From: a bacterium
Lineage (GTDB): Bacteria > Babelota > Babeliae > Babelales > UBA12409
Length of the DNA: 64,000 nucleotides
NCBI GenBank assembly: GCA_021823685.1
Contig: JAKANL010000005.1
Span: 5,489 to 69,488 of the forward strand
Direction of reading: 5' to 3'
The translations under genes and the position numbers were made by a program. Positions within the stretch are counted from its first letter, which is position 1; every line of letters starts with the position of its first letter. Under the pieces are notes generated by a model. It made no database searches, was not told the DNA's origin, and saw nothing but the letters and a program-made list of their open reading frames with translations. Of the stretch, positions 1 through 8,873 are shown in pieces.

Positions 1-871
1 CCGAAAGCGTACTTACCAGCTCAATAGCCGGCGCCAAAGAAAGCCCGCCCTGCACGAGCAGTGACACTGACTGGAAAAAAAACGACATCTGTAAAGACCA
101 ATATATCGTGCGAATGCCATACGCATGCGTTACGATCCAAGCGGTAACCCGCTGCCACCATGCCATACGCATAACCAACCACACACAAAGCGTTATAGCT
201 ATGGCAAAAAGACCAAACCACGCCAACCCCACAGCATGCAGCCAATTACTTACGGCAAAAAGACCTTGAAGACCCTCAGATTGCCTTTGGTTGGTCAGCG
301 CCACCACCTGCTGCAAACGCGGAACAATAACCGTAAAAATAATCAGTGCAATAGCGAAAAAGAAGCCAACCGTTATTAATGGCGCCGCCAGTGCCGCCCA
401 TATTTTTTTACGCACCTGCGAACGTAACCGCAAAAATCGCACAATACGCTCCAGCGAACTCACCAAGGAACCAGCATTTTGCCCGGCAGAAATCAGCGCG
501 ATAATCAGGGGGTCAAAATGTTCGGGATAATGCACAAGAATATCGGAAAGCATACTCCCCTGCGCGACACCACGTTCTAATTCGGTAGCAACGGCACGGC
601 GCGCAGCTGAGCCGTGCTGCGCCATTACCTTCAGTGCTGGCGAAAGCAACAAACCAACCGCCAAGAGTCGATGCAAATGTTCGAAAAAATATAACGCCTC
701 ATCCTGTGTCAGGCGTTTTCCACGAGGGAGCAGTGGTAGGCGCTGAATAAATGATGGCGTCATGGCATGTTTGCTGAGCAGTTCTTTAAGGGCCATTTCA
801 TTGCTCGCCCACGCCGTCCCTTCAAACTCCTCCCCCTGCCCATCAACGGCGTACCAATGATATTGTGGCAT
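1..871 (-). CDS. Type II secretion / type IV pilus platform protein (GspF/PilC family). Only the N-terminal part is present because the gene runs off the left edge.
   Basis: Absent from the ORF track because no stop codon is reached inside the window. My minus-strand translation from ATG (871..869) stays open to position 1: MPQYHWYAVDGQGEEFEGTAWASNEMALKELLSKH...LTQDEALYFFEHLHRLLAVGLLLSPALKVMAQHG...LISAGQNAGSLVSSLERIV. It is followed by the TM helix AALAAPLITVGFFFAIALIIFTVIVP, a layout typical of GspF/PilC. Confidence 0.75.
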   Translation of the reverse strand, partial: MPQYHWYAVDGQGEEFEGTAWASNEMALKELLSKHAMTPSFIQRLPLLPRGKRLTQDEALYFFEHLHRLLAVGLLLSPALKVMAQHGSAARRAVATELERGVAQGSMLSDILVHYPEHFDPLIIALISAGQNAGSLVSSLERIVRFLRLRSQVRKKIWAALAAPLITVGFFFAIALIIFTVIVPRLQQVVALTNQRQSEGLQGLFAVSNWLHAVGLAWFGLFAIAITLCVWLVMRMAWWQRVTAWIVTHAYGIRTIYWSLQMSFFFQSVSLLVQGGLSLAPAIELVSTLS

Positions 872-891
872 ACTCTTCCTTTGCACCAATA

Positions 892-1167
892 TTATGAATG
901 CCAAGCCAACAGTGCGTCAATAACAGCCTGTTGTGATAGATCGATTGTGATTTTAACGAACTTTTTACGATCGGTTAACCCTCCAACAAGGGCCACATCA
1001 AGAGTGCTTATATCGAGCGAATCAGCCAAAAAACGCACCAACTCACTATTAGCTTTATTTTTTTCTGGCGGATTTTTTAAATAGCATTTGAGCACGCCGG
1101 ATTTATCCAATTTCCACGCCTGACGGCCTGAGCTGGGAACAACTTTTATGGCTAATGTAACGGCCAC
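892..1167 (-). CDS. DUF167 (YggU-like) small protein
   Basis: 91-aa ORF. KVVPSSGRQAW...LKCYLKNPPEKNKANSELVRFLADSLDI...LVGGLTDRKKFVKI matches the YggU/DUF167 pattern (PP..GKAN..L..FLA, G.tsR.K.v.i). Confidence 0.7.
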   Translation of the reverse strand: MAVTLAIKVVPSSGRQAWKLDKSGVLKCYLKNPPEKNKANSELVRFLADSLDISTLDVALVGGLTDRKKFVKITIDLSQQAVIDALLAWHS

Positions 1168-1222
1168 ACCATTCCTTGCATTTCAACCAAAAATTCCCTT
1201 CGCTCAGTATATAAATGCCACG

Positions 1223-2488
1223 TTACTTTAACAACGCTCGTTGTTTATGCGCAAGAAATCGCTGCCGTAGCATCGCAGCTCGCGCCAAATCGTCCACCTG
1301 CGAACGCGATGCCAAATACTGCCTAATAAAAGAAACCCATTGGTTTGAAGAAGCAAACGGCGAATTGGCATACGATGGATACAAGACGTAGTATGGAAAA
1401 CAAATAGAAAGGCCCATGGCACGTGAATCTTCGTTGATCGCGGTGGTTGATATAACCGCGTTATGCAAAAGCACAAGCCCAGCTCTTAGTGCGGTTTCCA
1501 ATGATGTTACAATGGATGGATCGGTAACATTAAAATCGCCCAAATTTGCTATCACGGTCTGATACCAACGACCAAGATCAATGTACGAATAGAGGCTGAA
1601 ATGCAGACACGTATTGGAATACAAACAGTTTTGCAGCGTCGTCGAAACCGAGCTCCCAATTTGATTGCTCAAACACCGCTTCAAGAGCGTTGCAACAGTG
1701 TTTACATTACGCTCTAAAAGAAGCATTTTTGATAAGTTGATCGCTGAAAGAGTAACCGATTCCGAGCCATTTTTATAGAAAGCGTAGTAATCGCGCACCA
1801 AGCTTTTTGCAAAATTCACCGAAGACAATGTTCCTGTCCTAAATGGTCGCAACATGGCCGTATAGTTAAAACCATCATCGGGAACCGTCTCTTCAGAACC
1901 CACCATAATCGTGGCATATGGTGCCACCATTGCCCCAACTTCAATCATTTGCATCAAACATGCATCGTAGCCTAAAATGTCTATTTTACGATGTGTTGAT
2001 TGATACGCCGTCCTCAATGCATCGCGCAAATCAACGCTCCGCATCCAGGTTCGGTAGGTTTGGTCATAACAAATCGAACGATCGAGCGCAAAATCACCAG
2101 AGTTAACGTAACCACTGGCATGATCCCAAACATCGACAAAAATCTTTTTTGCTGAAAAATTTCTCATGCCATAAATCAAAAAATCGCTTAATGCTTTCTT
2201 GTTACTCGAATTTACCTTGCCCTGGTACACCAATCGTCGTGAACAATTTTTACAAATGGAGTAGCGCGACGTAGATCCACCAGGTTGCGTAATTTGCACG
2301 ATCACTTTGGCGTTATTATTAGAGCCGTACGTTTGGAGTTGCCGCATATTAAGCTGGGCGTATGGATACAAATTATTATTCGCCGCCATATAGATCAAAA
2401 TTAACCAATCAGAAGCTTCTACGGTAGCGCTTTGCGCAACGGCCAGTAACCCCCCAGCCAGAATCGATTGCCATAACTTCACATACAT
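1223..2488 (-). CDS. Secreted clostripain-like cysteine peptidase (peptidase C11 family)
   Basis: 421-aa ORF with an N-terminal signal-like segment (LAGGLLAVAQSATVEA). It carries WLILIYMAANNNL, VWDHASG and LGYDACLMQMIEV, which resemble the catalytic His/Cys blocks of C11 peptidases. Confidence 0.65.
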   Translation of the reverse strand: MYVKLWQSILAGGLLAVAQSATVEASDWLILIYMAANNNLYPYAQLNMRQLQTYGSNNNAKVIVQITQPGGSTSRYSICKNCSRRLVYQGKVNSSNKKALSDFLIYGMRNFSAKKIFVDVWDHASGYVNSGDFALDRSICYDQTYRTWMRSVDLRDALRTAYQSTHRKIDILGYDACLMQMIEVGAMVAPYATIMVGSEETVPDDGFNYTAMLRPFRTGTLSSVNFAKSLVRDYYAFYKNGSESVTLSAINLSKMLLLERNVNTVATLLKRCLSNQIGSSVSTTLQNCLYSNTCLHFSLYSYIDLGRWYQTVIANLGDFNVTDPSIVTSLETALRAGLVLLHNAVISTTAINEDSRAMGLSICFPYYVLYPSYANSPFASSNQWVSFIRQYLASRSQVDDLARAAMLRQRFLAHKQRALLK

Positions 2489-2615
2489 TCCTTGCGTTAA
2501 AAACTACCGCCAGCGTAGAAAAGAGCATAAATACTTGGCAAGAAATTCTCCAAATGGGTCTTTTTTCTTGATTAAATGGCCAATTCGGTTATCATAAAAG
2601 TATGTGGTTGGTTAG

Positions 2616-2704
2616 GGAGAGGTGGCTGAGCGGTCTAAAGCACTTGCCTGCTAAGCAAGGGTCACGTTAGTGGCGCGAGGGTTCAAATCCCTCCCTCTCC
2701 GCCA
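2616..2704 (+). tRNA. tRNA-Ser (anticodon GCT), CCA encoded
   Basis: Acceptor GGAGAGG pairs with CCTCTCC. Anticodon stem-loop is CTTGC-CTGCTAA-GCAAG. There is a long variable arm, a T-arm GAGGG-TTCAAAT-CCCTC, and a G-CCA end. Confidence 0.9.
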
Positions 2705-2718
2705 GTTGAAATATATAG

Positions 2719-2795
2719 GCGCCCATAGCTCAATTGGATAGAGCATTCGACTACGGATCGAAAGGTTGAAGGTTCGACTCCTTCTGGGCGCACCA
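2719..2795 (+). tRNA. tRNA-Arg (anticodon ACG), CCA encoded
   Basis: Acceptor GCGCCCA pairs with TGGGCGC. Anticodon stem-loop is TTCGA-CTACGGA-TCGAA, the T-arm is GAAGG-TTCGACT-CCTTC, and the end is A-CCA. Confidence 0.9.
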
Positions 2796-2960
2796 GGCTT
2801 CGCTTACGCAGGTATGTCTTCGAAGGCATGCTAAGCTACGCCCGGCTAGCGCCAGTCTCTAGAATTTCTCTGTCTGTACAACTTTAATCTTCGCCTCGTA
2901 GGCATTTCATTCTCCTTCGCTAAAGCAACGAAGAATCCCTCGAAGAATTTCTCGGCTACA
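2796..2960. repeat. GC-rich hairpin repeat element, copy A: two tandem units starting immediately after tRNA-Arg
   Basis: Positions 2798-2854 are 52/57 identical (my manual alignment) to the reverse complement of 38804-38860. A second, more diverged unit (CTTCGCCTCG...GGCTACACCCGCGCCAG) follows. Each unit ends in GCGCCAG. Confidence 0.65.
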
Positions 2961-3105
2961 CCCGCGCCAGTTTTCAAATTACAGCTTTTTTATACGTTTC
3001 GAAATCAAGCATAAAGTCAATATCGGTTTCTGTAGCCATTTTCAACACATTATCAATACGATTATTTGCATCTAACGCCGCTTGGCGGTATGCTAAAAGT
3101 GTATT

Positions 3106-3197
3106 GGAGAGATGGCAGAGTGGTCGAATGCGGCGGTCTTGAAAACCGTTATCCCGAGAGATCGGGATCGTGGGTTCGAATCCCACTCTCTCCTCCA
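3106..3197 (+). tRNA. tRNA-Ser (anticodon TGA), CCA encoded
   Basis: Acceptor GGAGAGA pairs with TCTCTCC. The anticodon loop is CTTGAAA, there is a long variable arm, the T-arm is GTGGG-TTCGAAT-CCCAC, and the end is T-CCA. Confidence 0.9.
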
Positions 3198-3286
3198 GTC
3201 TTTATGCTCGTATATAGCACGTTGGTTTTCGTCAGAGGTAGAATTTGGGACAACGCGAGCAGTTTTTTAGTCGTTTGGGGGAAAAT

Positions 3287-4909
3287 ATGGTTCTCAAAAA
3301 AATAAAAGATAACTGGAAAGCCGGCCTTACCGTAGCGCTCATTTCAATACCGCTTTCTATCTCATTGGCCGTCGCCTCGGGAACAACGCCAACTGTCGGC
3401 ATTATCACGGCCGTGTGGGCCGGTTTGATCGCATCACTTTTTGGCGGAAGTAATTTTAACGTTATTGGTCCTACAGGCGCGCTGGCTGGCATCATTGCCA
3501 CATTTGCATTCGCCAATGGCCCACAAGCGCTCCCTATGCTTACTATTCTTACGGGTCTTTTTATTCTCGCCGCATACACCCTCAAACTCGAACGCTATCT
3601 CATTTTGATTCCATCAAGCGTTATCCACGGTTTCACTTTAGGCGTTGCCTTTATTATCGGGCTAAACCAACTCAACTATGCTTTTGGCCTAAAAAACGTT
3701 CCACAGCATGATCACTTTTTTGCCAATGTGCTCGAATCGTTTAAGCACCTCCCCAACCTATCGCTGATAACATTTGCCATATTCCTGGCATTTTTTGGCG
3801 GACTGTTACTGCTGCGTTTTCTCCTACCGCGCGTCCCGGGAGCTATTGTTCTGGCACCGGTTGGCATAGCCCTGGGATACATGGGAAACGGTCAGCTAAT
3901 CCCATTTCGTCTAGAAACACTCGGCGATAAATTTACCGATCTTTCGTTCAAATTATTTCAAGCGCCAAGTATCACATTTTCAGCCCACATCTTACAAACG
4001 GCAGCAACAGTTGCTTTAATCGCCATTTTGGAAACCATGCTGTCGGCCAAAATAGCTGATGGCATGACGCACACCAAACACAACCCGCGCAAAGAAATGT
4101 TTGGGTTGGGATTAGCAAATCTTATATGCGGTTTTTTTGGCGGCATACCGGCGACAGCAGCATTGGCACGAACGTCGCTTAACATAAAAACGCAAGCCAA
4201 TGACAAAATGGCAGCCACAATTAATGCAATCTTTATCGCGCTCATATCGATTTTTTTACTGCCATTTTTTAAGTTTATTCCCCTCGCCGTTATCGCAGCA
4301 ATCTTGGTGTACGTATCAGTTCAAATGGTCGAAGCGGAACATTTCATTACGTTTTACAAATACGAACGACCCTACTTTTTTGTTTCCATGGCTGTAGCAA
4401 TGGTAACGATTTATAAAGACCCAATCATAGGCATTTTGCTCGGAGCAACCGTTTCGCTTATGCTTCTCGTCGATAAAATCGCGCAAGGTCACTACGATAT
4501 TAAATTGCGCAAACGCCGTGATGATAGCAATGCCACCATCGCCGGAGAACAAACAAAAGAAATAGCGCACACCGATGTCTTGCTCTATTCTATGAAGGGC
4601 AAACTCTGTTACATCAACGGCCGGGCTCATATCACACGCTTTGAAAATATTTTTAGAAAGTATAGATATGTTATTTTACGATTACGCGAAATCTATTTTA
4701 TTGATCTTGATGGCGTCGCCGCACTCAATGAAATCATTGAAATCGGACACGCACGCGGACAAACAATCGTTATCACAAGCGTTTCGCCAAGCACCGTTGA
4801 AATCTTGGAAAAAGCATCGAGCAGTTATCAAAAACTAAAACGCGACAATCTGGTATTCAAGACAACAAACGCTCCGCTTGATTACTTTTCAAAATTGAAC
4901 ATACACTGA
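3287..4909 (+). CDS. SulP-family anion (sulfate/bicarbonate) transporter with C-terminal STAS domain
   Basis: The track ORF is 3245..4909, but its first codon is TTG. ATG at 3287 is preceded by GGGGGA. The protein is polytopic with AGLTVALISIPLSISLAVASG and GLANLICGFFGGIPATAALARTS. The C-terminal block YVILRLREIYFIDLDGVAALNEII is STAS-like. Confidence 0.85.
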   Translation: MVLKKIKDNWKAGLTVALISIPLSISLAVASGTTPTVGIITAVWAGLIASLFGGSNFNVIGPTGALAGIIATFAFANGPQALPMLTILTGLFILAAYTLKLERYLILIPSSVIHGFTLGVAFIIGLNQLNYAFGLKNVPQHDHFFANVLESFKHLPNLSLITFAIFLAFFGGLLLLRFLLPRVPGAIVLAPVGIALGYMGNGQLIPFRLETLGDKFTDLSFKLFQAPSITFSAHILQTAATVALIAILETMLSAKIADGMTHTKHNPRKEMFGLGLANLICGFFGGIPATAALARTSLNIKTQANDKMAATINAIFIALISIFLLPFFKFIPLAVIAAILVYVSVQMVEAEHFITFYKYERPYFFVSMAVAMVTIYKDPIIGILLGATVSLMLLVDKIAQGHYDIKLRKRRDDSNATIAGEQTKEIAHTDVLLYSMKGKLCYINGRAHITRFENIFRKYRYVILRLREIYFIDLDGVAALNEIIEIGHARGQTIVITSVSPSTVEILEKASSSYQKLKRDNLVFKTTNAPLDYFSKLNIH

Positions 4910-4947
4910 TATCAAAAAAATCAGCGTCAATACCACTGCGAGTCATT

Positions 4948-5241
4948 ATGACCCTAAAACTTAATCGTCGCGATCCTCGATTAAAAGAGCTCCAGCAAAT
5001 CCCCGGCGTTGGCCCAAGTATCGCGCAAGATTTATACGATTTGGGAATTTATTCGATTAATGATTTGATTGGCAAATCCCCGGAAAAATTATACCTCGAT
5101 TCGTGCACCCTGCGCGGCATGCATATCGATCGCTGTCTCCTCTATGTTTTCCGCTGCGCAGTATATTATGCCAGCAACAAAAAGCACAATCCAGAATTGC
5201 TTAAATGGTGGCGATGGAAAGATGTGAAGCGCGTACCTTAA
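4948..5241 (+). CDS. Helix-hairpin-helix protein of the Cdd1 ('pathogenicity locus') family
   Basis: 97 aa. LQQIPGVGPSIAQDLYDLGIYSINDL...EKLY...DRCLLYVFRCAVYYA...LLKWWRWKD matches the HhH plus conserved C-terminal pattern of that family. Confidence 0.55.
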   Translation: MTLKLNRRDPRLKELQQIPGVGPSIAQDLYDLGIYSINDLIGKSPEKLYLDSCTLRGMHIDRCLLYVFRCAVYYASNKKHNPELLKWWRWKDVKRVP

Positions 5242-5244
5242 AAA

Positions 5245-5312
5245 CCGGCGTATCGCGCGGAATCTCGGCATAGCCTGGCGTAGCCCCCAAGGCGAAGACG
5301 GGCGACGACGGA
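5245..5312. repeat. GC-rich repeat element, copy B (short variant lacking the central hairpin)
   Basis: The reverse complement reads CTTCGCCTTGGGGGCTACGCCAGGCTATGCC. This is the CTTCGC and GCTACGCCNGGCT ends of the 57-nt unit seen at 2798 and 38804, joined directly. It shares GGCGAAGACGGGC exactly with 54716-54728. Confidence 0.45.
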
Positions 5313-5373
5313 TAAACCATTGAAAAAAGCGGTTTATTTTGCCTAGACTAAAAGCCTATAAAGAAGGGTTTTC

Positions 5374-6003
5374 ATGATAAACAGCCTCATATTCCTCAAA
5401 AGTATTGTTGTCGGTTTTGCCATGTGCGTACCTATTGGGCCAATTGGTATCCTGGTCATTCGCAAGACCATCACACAAAATAAATACAAAGCACTCGTTC
5501 CTGGTTTTGGCAGTTTGACGGCTGACATTTTTTATTCAACCGTAGCCGGATTTGGCATCGTGATTATTGGCGACTTCTTAGCATTCCATCAAAAATACTT
5601 TCAGTTGGGGGCCGCAACCGTTTTGCTCTTAATCGCCATTAATATGCTGCGCACCAAACCGCAACGCCTCCTTGAAAAATCAAAACACGTAACGGCATCA
5701 TTTATAAAAAATTATCTCATGGGCTTCTTTTTGGCATTATTTAACGCTGGAACATTATTTGTCATCACCACCTTAATGACGGCGCTCAAAATCACCACAC
5801 CCGAACATACGCTTAGTTTCGGCCTGGCAGTTACTACCGGCATCTTTTTAGGCGAATTATTGTGGTGGCTTTTCTTGAGCAACGCTGCAGCCATTGCCAA
5901 AAAGCGTATCGGACGCAACGCACCAATCACCATCAATACATTCTCAGGGCTCTTCTTACTTATTTTGAGCACGCTTTTAATTATTCGTATCGTCGCGTTT
6001 TAA
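5374..6003 (+). CDS. LysE/RhtB-family amino-acid efflux protein
   Basis: 209 aa with about 6 TM segments. The N-terminus GFAMCVPIGPIGILVIRKTI...GFGSLTADIFY is typical of the LysE translocator family. Confidence 0.75.
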   Translation: MINSLIFLKSIVVGFAMCVPIGPIGILVIRKTITQNKYKALVPGFGSLTADIFYSTVAGFGIVIIGDFLAFHQKYFQLGAATVLLLIAINMLRTKPQRLLEKSKHVTASFIKNYLMGFFLALFNAGTLFVITTLMTALKITTPEHTLSFGLAVTTGIFLGELLWWLFLSNAAAIAKKRIGRNAPITINTFSGLFLLILSTLLIIRIVAF

Positions 6004-6011
6004 GCGCAAAT

Positions 6012-6043
6012 AAAAAGAGCCGTTTTTTACACCGGCTCTTTTT
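6012..6043. terminator. Bidirectional intrinsic terminator hairpin
   Basis: AAAAAGAGCCG-loop-CGGCTCTTTTT lies between the convergent genes 5374..6003(+) and 6061..6753(-). Confidence 0.7.
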
Positions 6044-6060
6044 ACAATCTCAAAAACTAT

Positions 6061-6753
6061 TTAGTCGTTGCGACGTTGTCCTAAAAACCGCAAAAGATAC
6101 AGAAAAAGGTTGATAAAATCTAGGTAAAGCGAAAGCGCCGATATAATCGAAACTTTGGCCATATCATCGCCTTCACCCAGCATATGCATACCGGCTTGCT
6201 TGATTCGTTGCACATCATAAGCAACAAAAAGCGTGAAAATAATAACGCCAAAGATCGATGTAATAAAATCAAACTGTGCGCTGCGCAAAAACATGTTGAT
6301 CAGACCCGCAATGATCAAACCAACTAAGCCCATGATTAAAAACGTACCCAAACCACTCAAATCCGATTTGGTCATCATGCCGTAGAGTGCCATAGCGCCA
6401 AACATACCGGCGCATACAAAAAACGTCAGCGCCAACGATGCACCCGTGTATACCAGAAAAAGCGTTGAAAATGTCATGCCCGTAAGTAACGCATAAAAAA
6501 CAAAGCAAGCCATTGCGGCTTCCTTTGACATGCGCTGAATACCAAATGATAAAAATAAGACAACGCCCAACTGCATAAGAACAAGAACAAGAATCAAACC
6601 AGGATGTTGTTTAAGCGCCAACTGCATGCCCGGAATCATATTCATGGCAACGGCAGTTACGCCGGTCAGCGAAAGGCCCAGTGTCATCCAGCCAAATACG
6701 CGACGCAAGAGCGTGCTGCCCGCCGATTCCACAGGATATTCAGAATACATCAT
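6061..6753 (-). CDS. Bax-inhibitor-1/YccA family membrane protein
   Basis: 230 aa with 7 predicted TM segments. It has RRVFGWMTLGL, FVAYDVQRIKQ and a basic C-terminal tail, as in BI-1/YccA proteins. Confidence 0.85.
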   Translation of the reverse strand: MMYSEYPVESAGSTLLRRVFGWMTLGLSLTGVTAVAMNMIPGMQLALKQHPGLILVLVLMQLGVVLFLSFGIQRMSKEAAMACFVFYALLTGMTFSTLFLVYTGASLALTFFVCAGMFGAMALYGMMTKSDLSGLGTFLIMGLVGLIIAGLINMFLRSAQFDFITSIFGVIIFTLFVAYDVQRIKQAGMHMLGEGDDMAKVSIISALSLYLDFINLFLYLLRFLGQRRND

Positions 6754-6991
6754 AAATCAATACTCCTTAATGTACGTGTGATTTCCTCACTGTCTACAAG
6801 TATATATCAAATCGAATTTTTTTTACAGGGTCAACCACAACGCCAAAGAAATATAAAATACACGTCATTTGCAATTTTAGCCCAGCCGATTGAGCCATGC
6901 CTTAATCAAAAAGCTGTACCCTAGATTGTTAAAAGTTTTGAATTATTCTATACTGAATATGATATTGGAGAGAATAAAGAAGGGACATTCA

Positions 6992-7330
6992 ATGGCAATT
7001 CGTGACCTTACTCAAGAAAATCTTCAAAAAGATGTTTTAGAAAATGCACAGCCTGTTGTAATTAAAGCATATGCAACGTGGTGCGGGCCATGCATGTATA
7101 TGGCTCCGGTCTTTCAAGAAATTGCCAAAGAATATCAAGAAAAAGCAGTATTTTTCGAGCTTAACGTCGATCACGCGCGTGATTTGGCGATCCACTTTGG
7201 CATTTCGTCAATTCCGACACTTATTTTCGTCAAAAATGGACAAGTCGTCAGCAAAGAGACCGGCTACATGGACCGTGAGGATTTGTCGGCAAAAATTAAG
7301 CAATTTCTGGGCACAGCGCAGGCAAAGTGA
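6992..7330 (+). CDS. trxA: Thioredoxin
   Basis: WCGPC active site, and IPTLIFVKNGQ carries the cis-Pro motif. The track ORF begins at a TTG at 6890. The ATG at 6992 gives a normal protein of about 112 aa and has an AAGAAGGGA RBS. Confidence 0.9.
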   Translation: MAIRDLTQENLQKDVLENAQPVVIKAYATWCGPCMYMAPVFQEIAKEYQEKAVFFELNVDHARDLAIHFGISSIPTLIFVKNGQVVSKETGYMDREDLSAKIKQFLGTAQAK

Positions 7331-7348
7331 AGAAGTGCAATTAAAAAT

Positions 7349-8650
7349 TTACGGCGCCATTAATAATGTTTTATCAACACGCACAAAGATACCACGGTTA
7401 ACCGGACAGTTATGCCCAGCCGCCTGGAGTTGTGGCGCGATATCAACGACAAGATCACTTGTCAGATTATAACGCACGGGATTATATATTTTTGCGGTGG
7501 GGTTTTGAGCAAGCTGTGCTTCATACGCACGTAATGAAAGTCTCATAAGATTCAAGACATCGCCTGGAGCAAAGGCCAACACGCCCTCTCTACCATTTTC
7601 ATCAGTAAAATGTGCCAAATTAATCATGGGACTGGCAAGCGTAAATTGCACATACGAAAAGACCGGATACATGGTCACGCAAATATCTCTTTTTTCGACC
7701 ATTTCAGCGGCAATTTGAACCGAACTCCCCGGAATGCTGATAGTTCCCAAAACACGATAGCCGTCATCAACTCTTTCGCGACCAACCAGCCAATCGTCTC
7801 CCAAAGATTGAGCCCAATCAGCAATATGATCCGGCGTCGTCACAAAACGAGTACCATCAGACAATACCAATGTTCCATACGGAAACATTGTTTTTTGCTC
7901 ACACACCGGTTGTCCATCAATACCCGCATGATTCATCCACCCAACGATAATGCCGTTCGTACGGCTACAAATGAGCGGCTGCCCAACGGCACGCGTTGTC
8001 GCGACCATTTTCACATACGCATCATCATTAATAAGAATATGCCCGCCGCCCGTATCACCGCCCTTAATGTGGTCAAGAGCAACGAGCCGATGTATTCCGG
8101 GAACACCAGCGTGGCCGCGCAAAAGCTTTGTCGCATCAAGAAGAACGGCACAATCGGTGGTTTCACGATTGGAAACAAATAACGCATGGTCTTCTGCTGT
8201 TATACGGCGAGGGGTGGACAAACTTTGGCGTGGAGTCTGCTTCATTTGTAATAATTTACGAACAGCAACCCTCTGGGCCCGATCCGCAAGACCTAGACAT
8301 CGAGGACGCTTGCTCGGTGATTTTGCCAAAGCAACTAACCATGCCACCGCATTCTTCAAATGCGTAGAGGCACTGCTCCATTGCGATGGATTGGGCATAT
8401 CAAGCTTTTCTTCAGCGCGCGCAATAATTTTTTCTGGTCCTGAAGGAGAAAAAGGCATCTGCATTTTTAACGAGGCAAGTAATCGTGCAGGAGTTGATTT
8501 TGGCGCTTTTGGCGGACGTGCAACCGTATCTGCGGGCGTAAGCACCCCGGATGCAGGATGAGCCGCCGGAGCCAAGCCATCGGACGGTTCCATAGCAGAG
8601 AGCATGGCAAAACTCAAACAACATAACCAAACTTTAATGAGCACATTCAT
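7349..8650 (-). CDS. Secreted protein of unknown function with an EndoU-like HxxGGDxGGGH motif
   Basis: The track ORF starts at a TTG at 8692. The ATG at 8650 is preceded by AGGGGGA and gives the signal peptide MNVLIKVWLCCLSFAMLSA|MEP, followed by a Pro/Ala-rich linker. ALDHIKGGDTGGGHIL and the later KTMFPYG resemble the HIL.GD..GGGH ... K(S/T).FP blocks of bacterial EndoU nucleases, but the spacing between them is atypically long. Confidence 0.55.
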   Translation of the reverse strand: MNVLIKVWLCCLSFAMLSAMEPSDGLAPAAHPASGVLTPADTVARPPKAPKSTPARLLASLKMQMPFSPSGPEKIIARAEEKLDMPNPSQWSSASTHLKNAVAWLVALAKSPSKRPRCLGLADRAQRVAVRKLLQMKQTPRQSLSTPRRITAEDHALFVSNRETTDCAVLLDATKLLRGHAGVPGIHRLVALDHIKGGDTGGGHILINDDAYVKMVATTRAVGQPLICSRTNGIIVGWMNHAGIDGQPVCEQKTMFPYGTLVLSDGTRFVTTPDHIADWAQSLGDDWLVGRERVDDGYRVLGTISIPGSSVQIAAEMVEKRDICVTMYPVFSYVQFTLASPMINLAHFTDENGREGVLAFAPGDVLNLMRLSLRAYEAQLAQNPTAKIYNPVRYNLTSDLVVDIAPQLQAAGHNCPVNRGIFVRVDKTLLMAP

Positions 8651-8873
8651 ATGTCCCCCTGACAGCTCAAAATTTATTAAAAAAAGCTCCAAAACTATAC
8701 TCTTTTAGCATATCAGATTTTACAAAAAACGCAAGAAAAATTACTACTTGAAACATCCACCTGGCCAGGATCAAAAAGATGCCTTGGATCGCTCTCAACG
8801 CACATTTCAGAACCTCTCCAAAAGTGTTAGAATAAAGAGACGTAATAACGGGCTCATATTAAGCAAAAACATC

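Noticed and set aside
2974-3186. 70-aa ORF on the minus strand
   Set aside because: More than a third of it is the reverse complement of tRNA-Ser(TGA). Only a 21-codon tail (MATETDIDFMLDFETYKKAVI) lies outside the tRNA, too short to call.
2616-3197. Genomic island or prophage integrated at the tRNA-Ser/Arg/Ser cluster, and similarly at tRNA-Gly
   Set aside because: There is no integrase, no phage genes and no long direct repeat of a tRNA 3' half. Only the short repeat element is present at this cluster, and only small TA cassettes at tRNA-Gly.
7610-8561. Two long + strand ORFs (190 and 203 aa), antisense to 7349..8650
   Set aside because: They overlap each other and the better-supported minus-strand gene, which has an RBS and a signal peptide. 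Their composition is Arg/Ser/Cys-rich, typical of antisense frames.
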